Source: Candidatus Hermodarchaeota archaeon
GTDB lineage: Archaea > Asgardarchaeota > Hermodarchaeia > Hermodarchaeales > Hermodarchaeaceae
Assembly (NCBI GenBank): GCA_016839365.1
Contig: JAEOUH010000053.1
Coordinates: forward strand, 1 to 38,221
Reading direction: 5' to 3'
DNA: 38,221 nt
Part shown: one piece after another, positions 1 to 9,810 of the stretch
Layout of the letters: each line of letters begins with the position of its first letter
Position numbering within the stretch: position 1 is the first letter of the stretch
Notes under the pieces: model-generated
Databases searched by the model: none
Seen by the model: only the letters and a program-made list of their open reading frames with translations
What the model was told of the DNA's origin: nothing
Made by a program: the position numbers and the translations under genes

Positions 1-1295
1 ACCATTTCGATGGAGTTTTCGATGTGTTGGTTGATTTTGCCGCCTTTGATGTGGCGTTGGGCGAGGGTTTGGACGCCTTTGTCCATGCCGGGGTTGTTGC
101 CGACGGTGGAGACGATGAGGTTGACGTTGGTGAGGATGCCGTTGGGGTTGGCGGTGTAGTCGTGGATGAGGAGGCCGCGGGGAGCTTCGAGGACGCCGAC
201 GCCGCGTCCGCCTTTGATTTGGAAGGTGGTCATGATGTCGGGGCTGGTGATGGCGGGGTCGGTGAGGAGTTCTTTGGTGCGTTCGATGGCGTAGAGGGTT
301 TCGATCATGCGGGCGTAGTGGTAGAGGAAGGTGTGGTCGGGGGTTTTGCCAAATTGGGCACGGAATGTGTCGAGTTCGGCGTTGGCTTCGGGGGTGGAAA
401 TCTTGTCAGCGACGTTGATGCGGGCGAGGGGTCCGACCCGGTAGATGCCTTTGGGCCAGCCGTGGGGGAGGTAGAAGGGGAATTTGAGGTAGCTGTAGTC
501 TTCGACGTGTTCGCCGATGTATTTGAGGTAGTCTTTGATAGGGAATTCGGCAAGGCGTTTACCATCGGAATTGACGATGCGGACCGGGCCATCGTAGAAT
601 TCGAGGTTGCCGTTGTTGACGAGGCCGACGTAGCTGGTTTTGAGTTCGTCGAGAACTTCGACTTGGCCGAGGAGAGGTTGGACGACAGGGAAGAGTTCGT
701 GGAAGAGGTTGTAGGCTTCCTGGTTCCATTTGAGCATCTCGTCACGTTCCTCTTCGCTGAGGGGTTTGGAGATGCCGCCGGCTTGAGAGGTGACCGGGTG
801 GATAGATCGGCCACCGGTGACTTTGATGCCGTCTTGGCCGATTTGGCGGAGACGGATGACCTTCTTTACGAGGTCAGGGTTTTGTTTGAGAAGGGTGACC
901 ACATGGCGGGTTGAGGGATCGCCATCTGGAATAAGGAGGTCAGGGGCGGCCAAATAGAAGAAGTGCAATACGTGGGAGTGGAGCATTTGATTCTGGTGCA
1001 TGAGCTCACGGAGAAGTTTGGCTGTTCGTGGTGGATCGACCGCGTAAAGTGCGTCAGCAGCTTTGGAGGACGTTAGATGATGGCTGACTGGGCAGATACC
1101 GCACATCCGGGTGGCGATACGGTTGGCTTCTTCGACGGGGCGGTTTTGCATGAACTTTTCATAGCCACGGACATCCATGACGGAAAAGTGGGCTTTGGCG
1201 ACGTTGCCTTTTTCATCTAAATTAATAGTAATTGCTCCGTGTCCTTCAACGCGGGAAACGGGAGCGATTGTGAGGGTTTTCTTTTTTGAGCTCAT
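1..1295 (-). CDS. mvhA: [NiFe]-hydrogenase large subunit, group 3c MvhA-like (3' end runs off the window)
   Basis: Not in the ORF track; translated by hand from ATG 1295 (ATGA overlap with the mvhG stop): [24 protein letters not shown]...ATRMCGICPVSHH...EAPRGLLIHDY. Has RVEGH, the L1 motif RxCGxCxxxH and EAPRG; frame open to position 1. Confidence 0.95.
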   Translation of the reverse strand, partial: MSSKKKTLTIAPVSRVEGHGAITINLDEKGNVAKAHFSVMDVRGYEKFMQNRPVEEANRIATRMCGICPVSHHLTSSKAADALYAVDPPRTAKLLRELMHQNQMLHSHVLHFFYLAAPDLLIPDGDPSTRHVVTLLKQNPDLVKKVIRLRQIGQDGIKVTGGRSIHPVTSQAGGISKPLSEEERDEMLKWNQEAYNLFHELFPVVQPLLGQVEVLDELKTSYVGLVNNGNLEFYDGPVRIVNSDGKRLAEFPIKDYLKYIGEHVEDYSYLKFPFYLPHGWPKGIYRVGPLARINVADKISTPEANAELDTFRAQFGKTPDHTFLYHYARMIETLYAIERTKELLTDPAITSPDIMTTFQIKGGRGVGVLEAPRGLLIHDYTANPNGILTNVNLIVSTVGNNPGMDKGVQTLAQRHIKGGKINQHIENSIEM

Positions 1296-2233
1296 GTTGT
1301 TGCCTTCATTGGTTTGGTTTTGACCGTGGGAGTATGGACGGCTTTCTTGAAGGTGGAATGGGCAAAGGTGAACCGGAGATAAGTGCCAACGAGGTCAGGG
1401 ACTTCTTTGACAATTTTCTCAGGAGCAGGGGCTTTGCTGGGATCCTGAACCACAATGCTGCCCAGAGCACCAATCATTTTGGCGGCTTGATCTTCAACAT
1501 TCTCGGTGGGTCCAAAACAGCCTCTACAGGGAGACAGGGCAGTGGGGCAGCGGGCTTCGCAGCCAGCTTGAGTGCTGGGTCCAAGGCATTGATAGCCTTG
1601 TTCGAGGAAACAGCGTTCGGTGAAGACTATGTCAGTGCCCCAGCGTTTGAATTCGGTGACGGCTTTTTCTTCTTTGATGAGGGGGCATTGATCACAGACA
1701 GTTTTAGGTTCGAGGTGGAATTCTCGACCTTCGAGTAGACAGGTAACTAGTTCCGCAATGAGTTTGGGTGGGGGTGGACACCCGGGGAGGACATAGTCGA
1801 CTTTAACAAAGTCGTCGACCGGGTGCAGCTCTTCGAGCATTGGGGGTACGATTTTAGGGGGGATGATTTTCTTGGGGTTGACGGTAGACTTGGTGTTGAT
1901 GTAGACTTCTTCCATGATTTCGTCCTTGGTATGCAGGTTCGCTAGTCCCGGGACTCCGCCAAAGGCGGAGCAGGCTCCGAAGGCGACTAGGATTTGTGAA
2001 CGTTCTCTGAGCATTTTGAGGCGTTCGAGGTGTTCTTCGTTACGGACGCCGCCGGAGACGAAGCCGACAGTGACACCTTCTTTGGGTGGTTCACGGTGAT
2101 CCATGAGGACTTGGATATATTTGAGGTCGATGGCGTCGAGAACGTCTGCGAGCGCCAGGTGTAGGTCGAGGATGGCGATTTCGCAGCCGGAACAGATGCT
2201 GAGGGTTTCCACTGCTAGACTGGGTTTGGTCAT
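1292..2233 (-). CDS. mvhG: [NiFe]-hydrogenase small subunit MvhG
   Basis: [43 protein letters not shown] Fe-S motifs; lies between mvhD and mvhA. Confidence 0.93.
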   Translation of the reverse strand: MTKPSLAVETLSICSGCEIAILDLHLALADVLDAIDLKYIQVLMDHREPPKEGVTVGFVSGGVRNEEHLERLKMLRERSQILVAFGACSAFGGVPGLANLHTKDEIMEEVYINTKSTVNPKKIIPPKIVPPMLEELHPVDDFVKVDYVLPGCPPPPKLIAELVTCLLEGREFHLEPKTVCDQCPLIKEEKAVTEFKRWGTDIVFTERCFLEQGYQCLGPSTQAGCEARCPTALSPCRGCFGPTENVEDQAAKMIGALGSIVVQDPSKAPAPEKIVKEVPDLVGTYLRFTFAHSTFKKAVHTPTVKTKPMKATT

Positions 2234-2661
2234 TTTTCGGGTCCTCCGTTGGCTAGCGGATTGGGTCCTAAAAGCTTAATCTCATTTACAAATGCCTTCA
2301 TGGTCTCAGCGAATTTGTGCCCTTCTGCAGCTGAGATCCATTCTAGGCGGAGTCTTTCGGGTTCAAGACCGATTTCCTTGAGGTACTCCTTAAGCAGAGC
2401 GACACGCCGTGAAGTTTGATAGTTGCCCGAGATATAATGACAGTCGCCAAAGTGACACCCGGCAATGAGTACGCCATCGGCTTTCAGCTTGAGGGCACGG
2501 AGAATAAATTGGGGGTCGACGCGTCCGCTGCAGTTGACACGGATAACGCGGGCGTTGGCGGGGTATTGGATCCGGGATGTCCCGGCCATATCTGCTCCAG
2601 CGTAGCTGCACCAACGACAGGCAAAGCAGACGATTTTGGGTTCCCAGTTCTTGTTGGTCAT
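2230..2661 (-). CDS. mvhD: Hydrogenase [2Fe-2S] subunit MvhD
   Basis: [35 protein letters not shown] and LEWISAAEG signatures; all Cys, no Sec. Confidence 0.96.
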   Translation of the reverse strand: MTNKNWEPKIVCFACRWCSYAGADMAGTSRIQYPANARVIRVNCSGRVDPQFILRALKLKADGVLIAGCHFGDCHYISGNYQTSRRVALLKEYLKEIGLEPERLRLEWISAAEGHKFAETMKAFVNEIKLLGPNPLANGGPEK

Positions 2662-2663
2662 GG

Positions 2664-4646
2664 TTATTTCGCTTCCTGGAAGAGGGCGTCGAGTTGGGCG
2701 ATGATTTGCTCCATGGTGAAGTGTTGGGGTGCAATTGCTTGGTTAGGACAAGCCGCAGCGCAGGTGCCACAACCTTTGCATTGGGCTTCGGTGACCTGGG
2801 CGAGATTATCGACCACTTTTACAGCTCCGTAGGGGCATGAAGCTTCACAGATGCCGCAGCCGGCACAGAGGTCTTCGTTGACTATCGCGGCATAGGGTTG
2901 AACTTTTACTTGGCCCGCTGCGACCATGGCAAGTGCACTGGCTGCAGCTCCTTTAGCTTGGGCTACGGAATCAGGGATGTCCTTGGGTCCTTGGACGGCT
3001 CCAGCGATGAAGATGCCATCTGTGTTGGTTTCGACGGGTCGCAGTTTGGGATGGGCTTCTAAGAGGAAGCCATCGGCACTGCGTTGGAGACCGAGAATGC
3101 GGGCAAACTCAGATAGATCTTTGGGGGCTTCAATGCCACAGGATAAGACGACGATGTCAACTTCGGCTTCCACTGGTTGACCGAGGAAGGTGTCTTCTGC
3201 CCGGATTACAATTTTGTCTGTTTCGAAGGATTCACGCACCTCTGATACGCGGCCACGCACGAAGGTGACGGCATGTTCACGGGCAGTTGTTTCGTAGAAT
3301 TCTTCATAGCCTTTCCCGAAGGCTCGCATGTCAATATAGAAGATGGTGACATTGATCTCCGGGTATTTTTCGCGGATCTGACGGGCTTGCTTCAAAGCAG
3401 CCATGCAGCACACCCGTGAGCAATAGGCGTTATACCGTTCATTCCGAGAACCCACACACTGAATATAGGCGATATGTTTGGGTTTCTTCATAGTCGATGG
3501 TCGAAGAATTTTGCCTTCTGTGGGTCCAGCGGCGCTGAGCATGCGTTCCATCTCAAGGTTGGTCATGACATCAGGATACTTTCCATAACCATATTCGAGC
3601 TGTTGCATCGCATCAAAGAGCTCGAAACCTGTTGCGACGATAATGGCGCCAACGTCCAGCTCGAGGATTTCAGGTTTCATCTCATAATCGATGGCTTCCG
3701 CTTCACAGGCATCTTTACACTTGCCACAGGCGATTGGGGTCATACCAAGGCAGTGTTCAGTGTCGATTACATAGGCGTTTGGCACCGCTTGCGCAAAAGA
3801 AATGTAAATAGCCTTTCGCCAACCAAGCCCAGCATTAAACTCGTCAGGAACATTCACTGGGCAGACTTCAAGGCAATCTGCACATGCGGTGCATTTGTCT
3901 TCGATGACGTACCGAGGCTTGCGTTCAACTTTCACCTTAAAATTACCAACATACCCATCAACCTCACGAACTTCACTGTAGGTCAGTAATTCAATGTTCG
4001 GATGCTGACCCACTAGACTCATCTTCGGAGTCAAGATACAACTGGAACAGTCAAGAGTTGGAAAAGTTTTATCGAGTTGGGCCATGTGTCCGCCGATGCT
4101 GGGTTCTTTTTCGACGAGATATACTTTGTAGCCTGCGTCAGCGATGTCAAGAGCGGCTTGGATGCCAGTGATGCCTGCACCGACGACGAGGACACTGGCT
4201 TTGACGTCGACTTGTTTTTGCTCGAGTGGTTTGAGTTCGGCAGCGCGGGCAACGGCCATTTTGACGAGGTCTTTGGCTTTTTCGAGGGCCGCTTCTTCTT
4301 CATGGGTGTGGACCCAGGAGCAGTGTTCACGGATATTGGACATGTCAAAGAAGAAGGGGTTTAATCCGATATTTTCTAAGACACGCCGGAACGTGGGTTC
4401 GTGGAGGGTTGGGCTACATGCAGCAACGACGACGCGGTTGAGGCCTTTTTCTCGGGCGCGTTCTTTGATGAGGTCTTGGCCTGGGTCTGAGCACATATAT
4501 CGGTAGTCTTCGGCTACTACGACATTGGGGAGAGTTGCGGCATACTCGACTAGTTTGGGGATATCAATAACACCGGCGATGTTGGAGCCACAGTGACAGA
4601 TGAAGACGCCGATTTTGGGGTGTTCTGTTGACATAGGATTTCTCAC
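2664..4646 (-). CDS. hdrA: Heterodisulfide reductase flavoprotein subunit A (start may be ATG 4634)
   Basis: [30 protein letters not shown] site, [18 protein letters not shown]...CSRVCC, two ferredoxin domains. Confidence 0.97.
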   Translation of the reverse strand: MRNPMSTEHPKIGVFICHCGSNIAGVIDIPKLVEYAATLPNVVVAEDYRYMCSDPGQDLIKERAREKGLNRVVVAACSPTLHEPTFRRVLENIGLNPFFFDMSNIREHCSWVHTHEEEAALEKAKDLVKMAVARAAELKPLEQKQVDVKASVLVVGAGITGIQAALDIADAGYKVYLVEKEPSIGGHMAQLDKTFPTLDCSSCILTPKMSLVGQHPNIELLTYSEVREVDGYVGNFKVKVERKPRYVIEDKCTACADCLEVCPVNVPDEFNAGLGWRKAIYISFAQAVPNAYVIDTEHCLGMTPIACGKCKDACEAEAIDYEMKPEILELDVGAIIVATGFELFDAMQQLEYGYGKYPDVMTNLEMERMLSAAGPTEGKILRPSTMKKPKHIAYIQCVGSRNERYNAYCSRVCCMAALKQARQIREKYPEINVTIFYIDMRAFGKGYEEFYETTAREHAVTFVRGRVSEVRESFETDKIVIRAEDTFLGQPVEAEVDIVVLSCGIEAPKDLSEFARILGLQRSADGFLLEAHPKLRPVETNTDGIFIAGAVQGPKDIPDSVAQAKGAAASALAMVAAGQVKVQPYAAIVNEDLCAGCGICEASCPYGAVKVVDNLAQVTEAQCKGCGTCAAACPNQAIAPQHFTMEQIIAQLDALFQEAK

Positions 4647-5206
4647 TTCTTCGTGGTTGATTGTTCCATGGCTTTGTGGCCGAGTTGCATGCCCTCGTCG
4701 AAGGCACGGAGGTTGAGTTCTTTATATTTGGGAAAGGCATTGGCAATGGCTTTGCGCATTGCTTCGGGGGTGACCGCTTTGCTGATGGCGGTGAAGGCGC
4801 CGAGCATCACGACGTTTGTCACCAAAGGATTTTTGAGAACTTGGTGAGCCGTGGTAGCGGCTGGTACTTGGTACAGGCGCACACCTGCCTTAATTTTTCC
4901 CGCTTTCACCAAGTCTGAGTCAATAATTACAATGGCTTCTTTGCTGAGATCCTCTTTGTATTTATGGAAGGCGTCATTGGATAAGGCCACCATGACGTGT
5001 GGTGTAAGAACGAGGGGATAATCAATGGGTGCGTCGGAGATGATGACTTCGGCTTTGCAGGCACTGCCACGGGATTCAGGCCCATAGGAGGCTGTTTGGA
5101 CGGCTTCTTTGCCATCGTGAATGGAAGCGGCTTCGCCGATAATGACGGCAGATTTGATGACACCCTGACCACCTAATCCGCCAAGCCGAATTTCTGTACG
5201 TGCCAT
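4643..5206 (-). CDS. korC: 2-oxoacid:ferredoxin oxidoreductase gamma subunit
   Basis: EIRLGGLGGQG, SYGPESRGSAC, NVVMLGA. Confidence 0.93.
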   Translation of the reverse strand: MARTEIRLGGLGGQGVIKSAVIIGEAASIHDGKEAVQTASYGPESRGSACKAEVIISDAPIDYPLVLTPHVMVALSNDAFHKYKEDLSKEAIVIIDSDLVKAGKIKAGVRLYQVPAATTAHQVLKNPLVTNVVMLGAFTAISKAVTPEAMRKAIANAFPKYKELNLRAFDEGMQLGHKAMEQSTTKK

Positions 5207-5216
5207 TGGTTCATCT

Positions 5217-6065
5217 TCACCTCTTTTGCAGCCTATCCGATTGTTGAGCTAATAGGTCGGTGAACTCGGGTTTTTCTGTGTCCACGAATTCGCCGCAGAC
5301 TATTCGTGTGCGATAATCGATTTCAGCCTTCATGGGGTCTGTGAAGTTGCGAATGACAGAAATTTCCCGATACTTTTTCATGACATCGAGACCGGATCCA
5401 TATCGATTATAGCGGTCATAAAGCGTGGGGCAGGGCGAGATGACTTCGATAAATTTGAAGCCTTTCTTTTGGAGCGCTTTTTCGATGGATTTGGTGAGGC
5501 GTCGAGCATGGAGTGCTGTCCATCGGGCAACAAAGACAGCACCAGAGGCGGCTGCTACACTCACCAGGTTGAAGGGGTGTTCGATATTCCCATCTGGTGA
5601 AGTCACGGTGATGGCAGAGTCGGGGGTGGTGGGTCCCATTTGTCCGCCGGTCATGCCATAGTTGAAGTTATTGACGCACAAAACCAGCATATCGACGTTT
5701 CGACGTGCGGCATGGATGAAATGGTTACCTCCGATTGCAAAGAGGTCACCATCACCACTTATGACTACGGGCTTCAAATCAGGGTTTGCCACCTTTACTC
5801 CCGAAGCAAAAGCAATGGCACGTCCGTGTGTTGTGTGGTAGCTATCCGCGGCAAAATATCCGCTTGCGCGCCCTGTACAGCCAATTCCGCTAATGACAAC
5901 TAAACGGTCCATGTCAAAGTTGAGGCTTCGTAGCGCGTTGGCGAAGGCCTGGAGTACTGTACCGATGCCGCAGGCGCTGCAGAAGATGTGGGGGAGCCGG
6001 TCGCGGCGGATGTAGTTGAGGATTGGGTGTTCCCCTTCAGTTGTTGTACGTGTTGTTTGGGTCAG
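5217..6065 (-). CDS. korB: 2-oxoacid:ferredoxin oxidoreductase beta (TPP-binding) subunit; CTG start inferred
   Basis: The track ORF (5217-5912) lacks the N-terminus. The frame extends 51 codons upstream through LPHIFCSACGIG to CTG 6065, which follows an in-frame TAA, has AGGAGG about 8 nt upstream and overlaps the korA TGA. Also SGIGC, GDGD...NN and SPCP. Confidence 0.92.
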   Translation of the reverse strand: MTQTTRTTTEGEHPILNYIRRDRLPHIFCSACGIGTVLQAFANALRSLNFDMDRLVVISGIGCTGRASGYFAADSYHTTHGRAIAFASGVKVANPDLKPVVISGDGDLFAIGGNHFIHAARRNVDMLVLCVNNFNYGMTGGQMGPTTPDSAITVTSPDGNIEHPFNLVSVAAASGAVFVARWTALHARRLTKSIEKALQKKGFKFIEVISPCPTLYDRYNRYGSGLDVMKKYREISVIRNFTDPMKAEIDYRTRIVCGEFVDTEKPEFTDLLAQQSDRLQKR

Positions 6066-7213
6066 TTAATACGCCTCCTAATTTCTTTCATGAGTTCGTC
6101 GGGAGTGTGTGGGGTGCCACAGACCCGTGGGATCAAATGAACCGGGACTTCGTTCCGAATGACCCGTTCGACTTCGCCAACTAACTGGCCATAATTGAGT
6201 TCGGCGACAACGACGTGTTGCGCATTGGCAGCTGCTTCTTTCAATTGTTCCTTGGGAAAAGGCCAAACGGAGATTGGTCGGAATAAGCCGATTTTTATTC
6301 CGTTAGCCCGGGCATCCTTGACTGCGCGTAATGCAGTCCTAGCTTCGCCTCCATAAGCAACGAGGAGGATTTCGGCGTCTTCGGTTTCGGTATTTTCTGC
6401 CCTCGTGATCTTGTCAGCATTTTTACGGATTTTATCGCAGAGGCGGGGCACCAATGCGAGTTGGGCTTCTTCGTCCATGACGGGGTAGCCGCGTTCATCA
6501 TGGGTGAGTCCTGTGGCGTAGAAGTGATAGCCTTCGCCAAAGGTGGCCATGGGAGGGACGAGGTCTTCCTCTGCTTTGAAGGGGAGATACTCTTCGGGCG
6601 GAACGGTTGGTTTTTTACGATTCACGATTTCGATTTCGTCTTCAGGCGGGATGACCAAGCGTTCGCGCATATGACCGATGATTTCATCGGCGAGGACGAA
6701 GGCGGGGACGCGGAATCGTTCGGATAGGTTGAAGGCTTGAATGGTTAGATCAAACATTTCTTGGACCGATGAGGGAATGAGCGCGATAATTTCGTAATCA
6801 CCGTGGCTTCCCCATTTAGCTTGCATAATATCGCTTTGACTGGCTTCAGTTGGTTGGCCAGTTGAAGGCCCACCGCGCATGACATTGACTAAGACCATGG
6901 GTGTCTCGGTCATCACGGCGAGCCCAATGGTCTCATTCATGAGACTAACGCCCGGCCCTGATGTAGCCGTCATAGATTTAACGCCAGCATAGGAGGCTCC
7001 AACCACTGCGGTGCAGGAGGCGATTTCGTCTTCCATTTGGATATAGCGCCCACCGATTCGTGGAAGTCGATAGGCCATGCGTTCGGCGATTTCGGTGGCG
7101 GGGGTGATAGGGTAACCGGCAAAGAATCGACAACCGGCAGCGAGTGCGCCTTCAGCTGCGGCGATATCCCCTTGGGTGAATCTCTCTCCGGTCAGCACTG
7201 CTTTTTGCATCAT
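6062..7213 (-). CDS. korA: 2-oxoacid:ferredoxin oxidoreductase alpha subunit
   Basis: FFAGYPITPATE, QMEDEIAS, ATSGPG, RGGPSTGQPT. Confidence 0.96.
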   Translation of the reverse strand: MMQKAVLTGERFTQGDIAAAEGALAAGCRFFAGYPITPATEIAERMAYRLPRIGGRYIQMEDEIASCTAVVGASYAGVKSMTATSGPGVSLMNETIGLAVMTETPMVLVNVMRGGPSTGQPTEASQSDIMQAKWGSHGDYEIIALIPSSVQEMFDLTIQAFNLSERFRVPAFVLADEIIGHMRERLVIPPEDEIEIVNRKKPTVPPEEYLPFKAEEDLVPPMATFGEGYHFYATGLTHDERGYPVMDEEAQLALVPRLCDKIRKNADKITRAENTETEDAEILLVAYGGEARTALRAVKDARANGIKIGLFRPISVWPFPKEQLKEAAANAQHVVVAELNYGQLVGEVERVIRNEVPVHLIPRVCGTPHTPDELMKEIRRRIN

Positions 7214-7506
7214 TTATCACCCTTTTTGGCCTTGATTTTGGCCTTCTTTTCTTCAACGTGGATGGCAAAATCGGGACATAGAGCCTCACACAGCCCGCAA
7301 CCTACACAACGGTCAATGTTGACCGCTTCAGGGGGATAGTAACCTTTGCTGTTGAATCTTGTTGATTTCTCCAGCACTTCACGTGGGCAGAAGGAATAAC
7401 AGAATCCGCAACCCTTACACCAGTCTTCGTTGACAATAATCTGGTACTTCGTAGCTTGCTCCTCCTCTGGTATAATGGGGGTTCGTTCCTGCCTTGTCAA
7501 CATCAC
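7210..7506 (-). CDS. korD: 2-oxoacid:ferredoxin oxidoreductase delta subunit (2[4Fe-4S] ferredoxin)
   Basis: CKGCGFCYSFCP and CVGCGLCEALCPDFAI. Confidence 0.92.
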   Translation of the reverse strand: MMLTRQERTPIIPEEEQATKYQIIVNEDWCKGCGFCYSFCPREVLEKSTRFNSKGYYPPEAVNIDRCVGCGLCEALCPDFAIHVEEKKAKIKAKKGDK

Positions 7507-8396
7507 ACGCTCATCCCGATTTTTTCTAGGAATGGTGCAACGGATATGTAGTGCTTATCTAGTCCCATTTGCTTTGGTGTAAAGCCTTGGGCTAGCCCTA
7601 AGAGTTGAGTATAATACAGGACCGGGATTTGGTAGTCAGTGCCAAAATGCTTGTTTGCTTGCATTTGTCCAAGATCAAATTGTAGGTGACAGAAGTTGCA
7701 GACATTGACCATCGCGTCAATCTTTGCTTGTTTCATCGCTTCGAGTTTTTCTCGGACCATATCCAGTGAGACTTCAAGTTCTGCGGATCGTAATCCACCT
7801 CCGGCACCACAGCACATATCTTTGAGTTTGTAATCGACGATCGTGCCACCGAGGGCTTCAACAAGTTCATCGACAAGGGTGAAATCCTCAACCACGCCCC
7901 ATGGTCGAATGTCACTGGGTTTGAGTAGGTGACAACCGATATGAATGGCAAATCGTGCATCGATGGGGTTCACTACGGTTTCTTCGATAGCTTCTTTACC
8001 GATATCGTTGTAGAGGACCTCCACTAGGTGTTTGGCTGTAATTTTCCCCTGGAATTGATGTCCGGTGCCTTTTAGGATCTTGTTGATGCGTTTAAGGGTC
8101 ACAGGGTCTTTTAGATCATGTACTCCGGCAATGAGAGTTCCATAGCATCCATTACATAAAACAAGGATGTCTAAACCATTCTCTTCAGCGATCGCCAAGT
8201 TTCGTGCAGTGATTGACAGCCAGGTATCCTTATCGAAGGATTTAATGACTCCTGGCGCCGGGCAGCAAGAGGCTCCTTTCATTTCAACAAGTTCAATATC
8301 TAACTTTGGCGCGATGAGGCGAGTGGCGGCTTCTATTTGAGGAAGTCGGTTGGGAATAACGCAGCCCAGGAAGAAACTGTATCTATGTTTTACCAT
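7503..8396 (-). CDS. hdrB: Heterodisulfide reductase catalytic subunit B
   Basis: Two CCG domains: GC...CCPAPG...CNGC and GCH...CCGAGGG...CNFCHLQFD. Confidence 0.96.
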   Translation of the reverse strand: MVKHRYSFFLGCVIPNRLPQIEAATRLIAPKLDIELVEMKGASCCPAPGVIKSFDKDTWLSITARNLAIAEENGLDILVLCNGCYGTLIAGVHDLKDPVTLKRINKILKGTGHQFQGKITAKHLVEVLYNDIGKEAIEETVVNPIDARFAIHIGCHLLKPSDIRPWGVVEDFTLVDELVEALGGTIVDYKLKDMCCGAGGGLRSAELEVSLDMVREKLEAMKQAKIDAMVNVCNFCHLQFDLGQMQANKHFGTDYQIPVLYYTQLLGLAQGFTPKQMGLDKHYISVAPFLEKIGMSV

Positions 8397-8943
8397 CCTT
8401 TTTGCTCTCCTTGTAGTTAACTAGTTTATCAAAGCCGGTTTGTTTGATAATGTGTTGAATCTCCTTGACGGCTTTGGGGTATGAATGAACGGTGGGAGGC
8501 AGGGGGTCCAACCCGAGCTCTTCCCGCATTTTGCTCCACTTTGGATCATCGATGGGAACTGCGTGTCCCGTTTCGATGAGTTTATGGGAGACACCTTGGT
8601 GTTCGGGTCGCATATACCCTGCTTGGCAGGAGAGATTTCGGAGATAAAGAATGGCTTCCGTAACATCGATTTTACGTGGGCACCTTTCAGTACAAGTGCC
8701 ACATGTCGAACAGAGCCACAGATTTGGGTCTGATAGGACTTCTTCCCGTAGTCCTAGGAGAGCCTTACGGATTAGTTGACGGGTTCTGTAAGCGGTGCGA
8801 CGCCCCGCGGGACAAGACCCGGTACAGGTTCCACATTGAATACAAGAACGAATACGATCCAGACCTGCCTTTGTCATGTCGTCAGCGAGCTTACCATCTA
8901 TTTTTGACCCATTAATTACCCGGCGATCGATCAACAAGGTCAC
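8383..8943 (-). CDS. hdrC: Heterodisulfide reductase subunit C
   Basis: CIQCGTCTGSCP and LWLCSTCGTCTERCPR; GTG start. Confidence 0.95.
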   Translation of the reverse strand: MTLLIDRRVINGSKIDGKLADDMTKAGLDRIRSCIQCGTCTGSCPAGRRTAYRTRQLIRKALLGLREEVLSDPNLWLCSTCGTCTERCPRKIDVTEAILYLRNLSCQAGYMRPEHQGVSHKLIETGHAVPIDDPKWSKMREELGLDPLPPTVHSYPKAVKEIQHIIKQTGFDKLVNYKESKKDGKT

Positions 8944-9060
8944 CCCAAGGAGGTATGCCAGGGCACCTTGACATTTGTAAAGGTAAAAACATTTTCCTCT
9001 TACCGTGTTCCTTGAGGTTAATTTGTGAACCGTAGGGATGACAAGATGAACGCATTTCAG

Positions 9061-9076
9061 AAAAAAGGCTTATATG
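9061..9076 (+). promoter_or_regulatory. Putative BRE/TATA promoter of the membrane-protein gene
   Basis: AAAAAAGGC-TTATAT about 60 nt upstream of ATG 9132, in the divergent intergenic region. Confidence 0.5.
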
Positions 9077-9131
9077 GGGAGACAAGGAGACTCAGTAATG
9101 AAACATTTCCGTGCGGAATGAGGTTATTATA

Positions 9132-9791
9132 ATGCAATTTACCTCAACTGAGACATTCATTATTGGTTTATGGTATGTTATCATTGGCTACTTCTTTCTC
9201 TTGTTCGTGTATTTTCTTGCGTTTCGTTTTCGTGAGAAGCGTAACCCCTTCCATTTAGGGTTTGGGCTTTTCTTCTTTTTACTTGGCGTGGGACGGATTT
9301 TTTATCTTATTTGGGACTTCTATGCGCACATCGAAATTTGGTGGCGCCTAGCCACAGTGACATCTTGGCTAGCAATTTTCACTGTCTTCATCGCGTTAGC
9401 CTATCAGATTTTGGAGAGGAAGTTGTGGCAAATTATCCTGATTTCATCTCCACCACTCATCATCGCGTTACTCATTTTGGTGATACCCGTTTTGTTTTGG
9501 CCACCAACACTTACTAGTGGCATTTTGACCATCGGGTATATCATTTCTAATTATGCAATCCTTCCGCTGTACGTCATTGTGTTGCCGGCGTTGTTCTTCT
9601 TTATTGGATTTCAGCTTATAGGCCAGCTTCGGATGAGTAATTTTCTACTGGGTTCAGGGCTCCTAATCTATTATGGTGGTCGAGTTCTTCAAGCTGTGCT
9701 TCCCGACCTTGGAATCATCGTGGCACCCGTCCTGGTCCTGATTGCGCTTGGGATAATTGCGATGGGAGTATTACTGGAGGCTAGTGAATAA
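9132..9791 (+). CDS. Polytopic membrane protein (about 7 TM), function unknown
   Basis: About seven hydrophobic segments; GAGGT SD-like sequence before ATG 9132 (the track's GTG 9111 is probably too early). Confidence 0.8.
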   Translation: MQFTSTETFIIGLWYVIIGYFFLLFVYFLAFRFREKRNPFHLGFGLFFFLLGVGRIFYLIWDFYAHIEIWWRLATVTSWLAIFTVFIALAYQILERKLWQIILISSPPLIIALLILVIPVLFWPPTLTSGILTIGYIISNYAILPLYVIVLPALFFFIGFQLIGQLRMSNFLLGSGLLIYYGGRVLQAVLPDLGIIVAPVLVLIALGIIAMGVLLEASE

Positions 9792-9810
9792 GCGCTTACA
9801 AAGGGAGATC

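Noticed and set aside
24-914. 296-aa + strand ORF, the 305-814 Ser/Thr-rich ORF and similar shadow ORFs throughout the window
   Set aside because: Antisense or alternate-frame shadows of well-supported genes such as mvhA; low complexity, no motifs.
2230-4646. Selenocysteine in MvhD or HdrA, or a SECIS element
   Set aside because: The usual Sec positions are Cys codons and there is no in-frame TGA. The MvhA C-terminal site is outside the window and cannot be judged.
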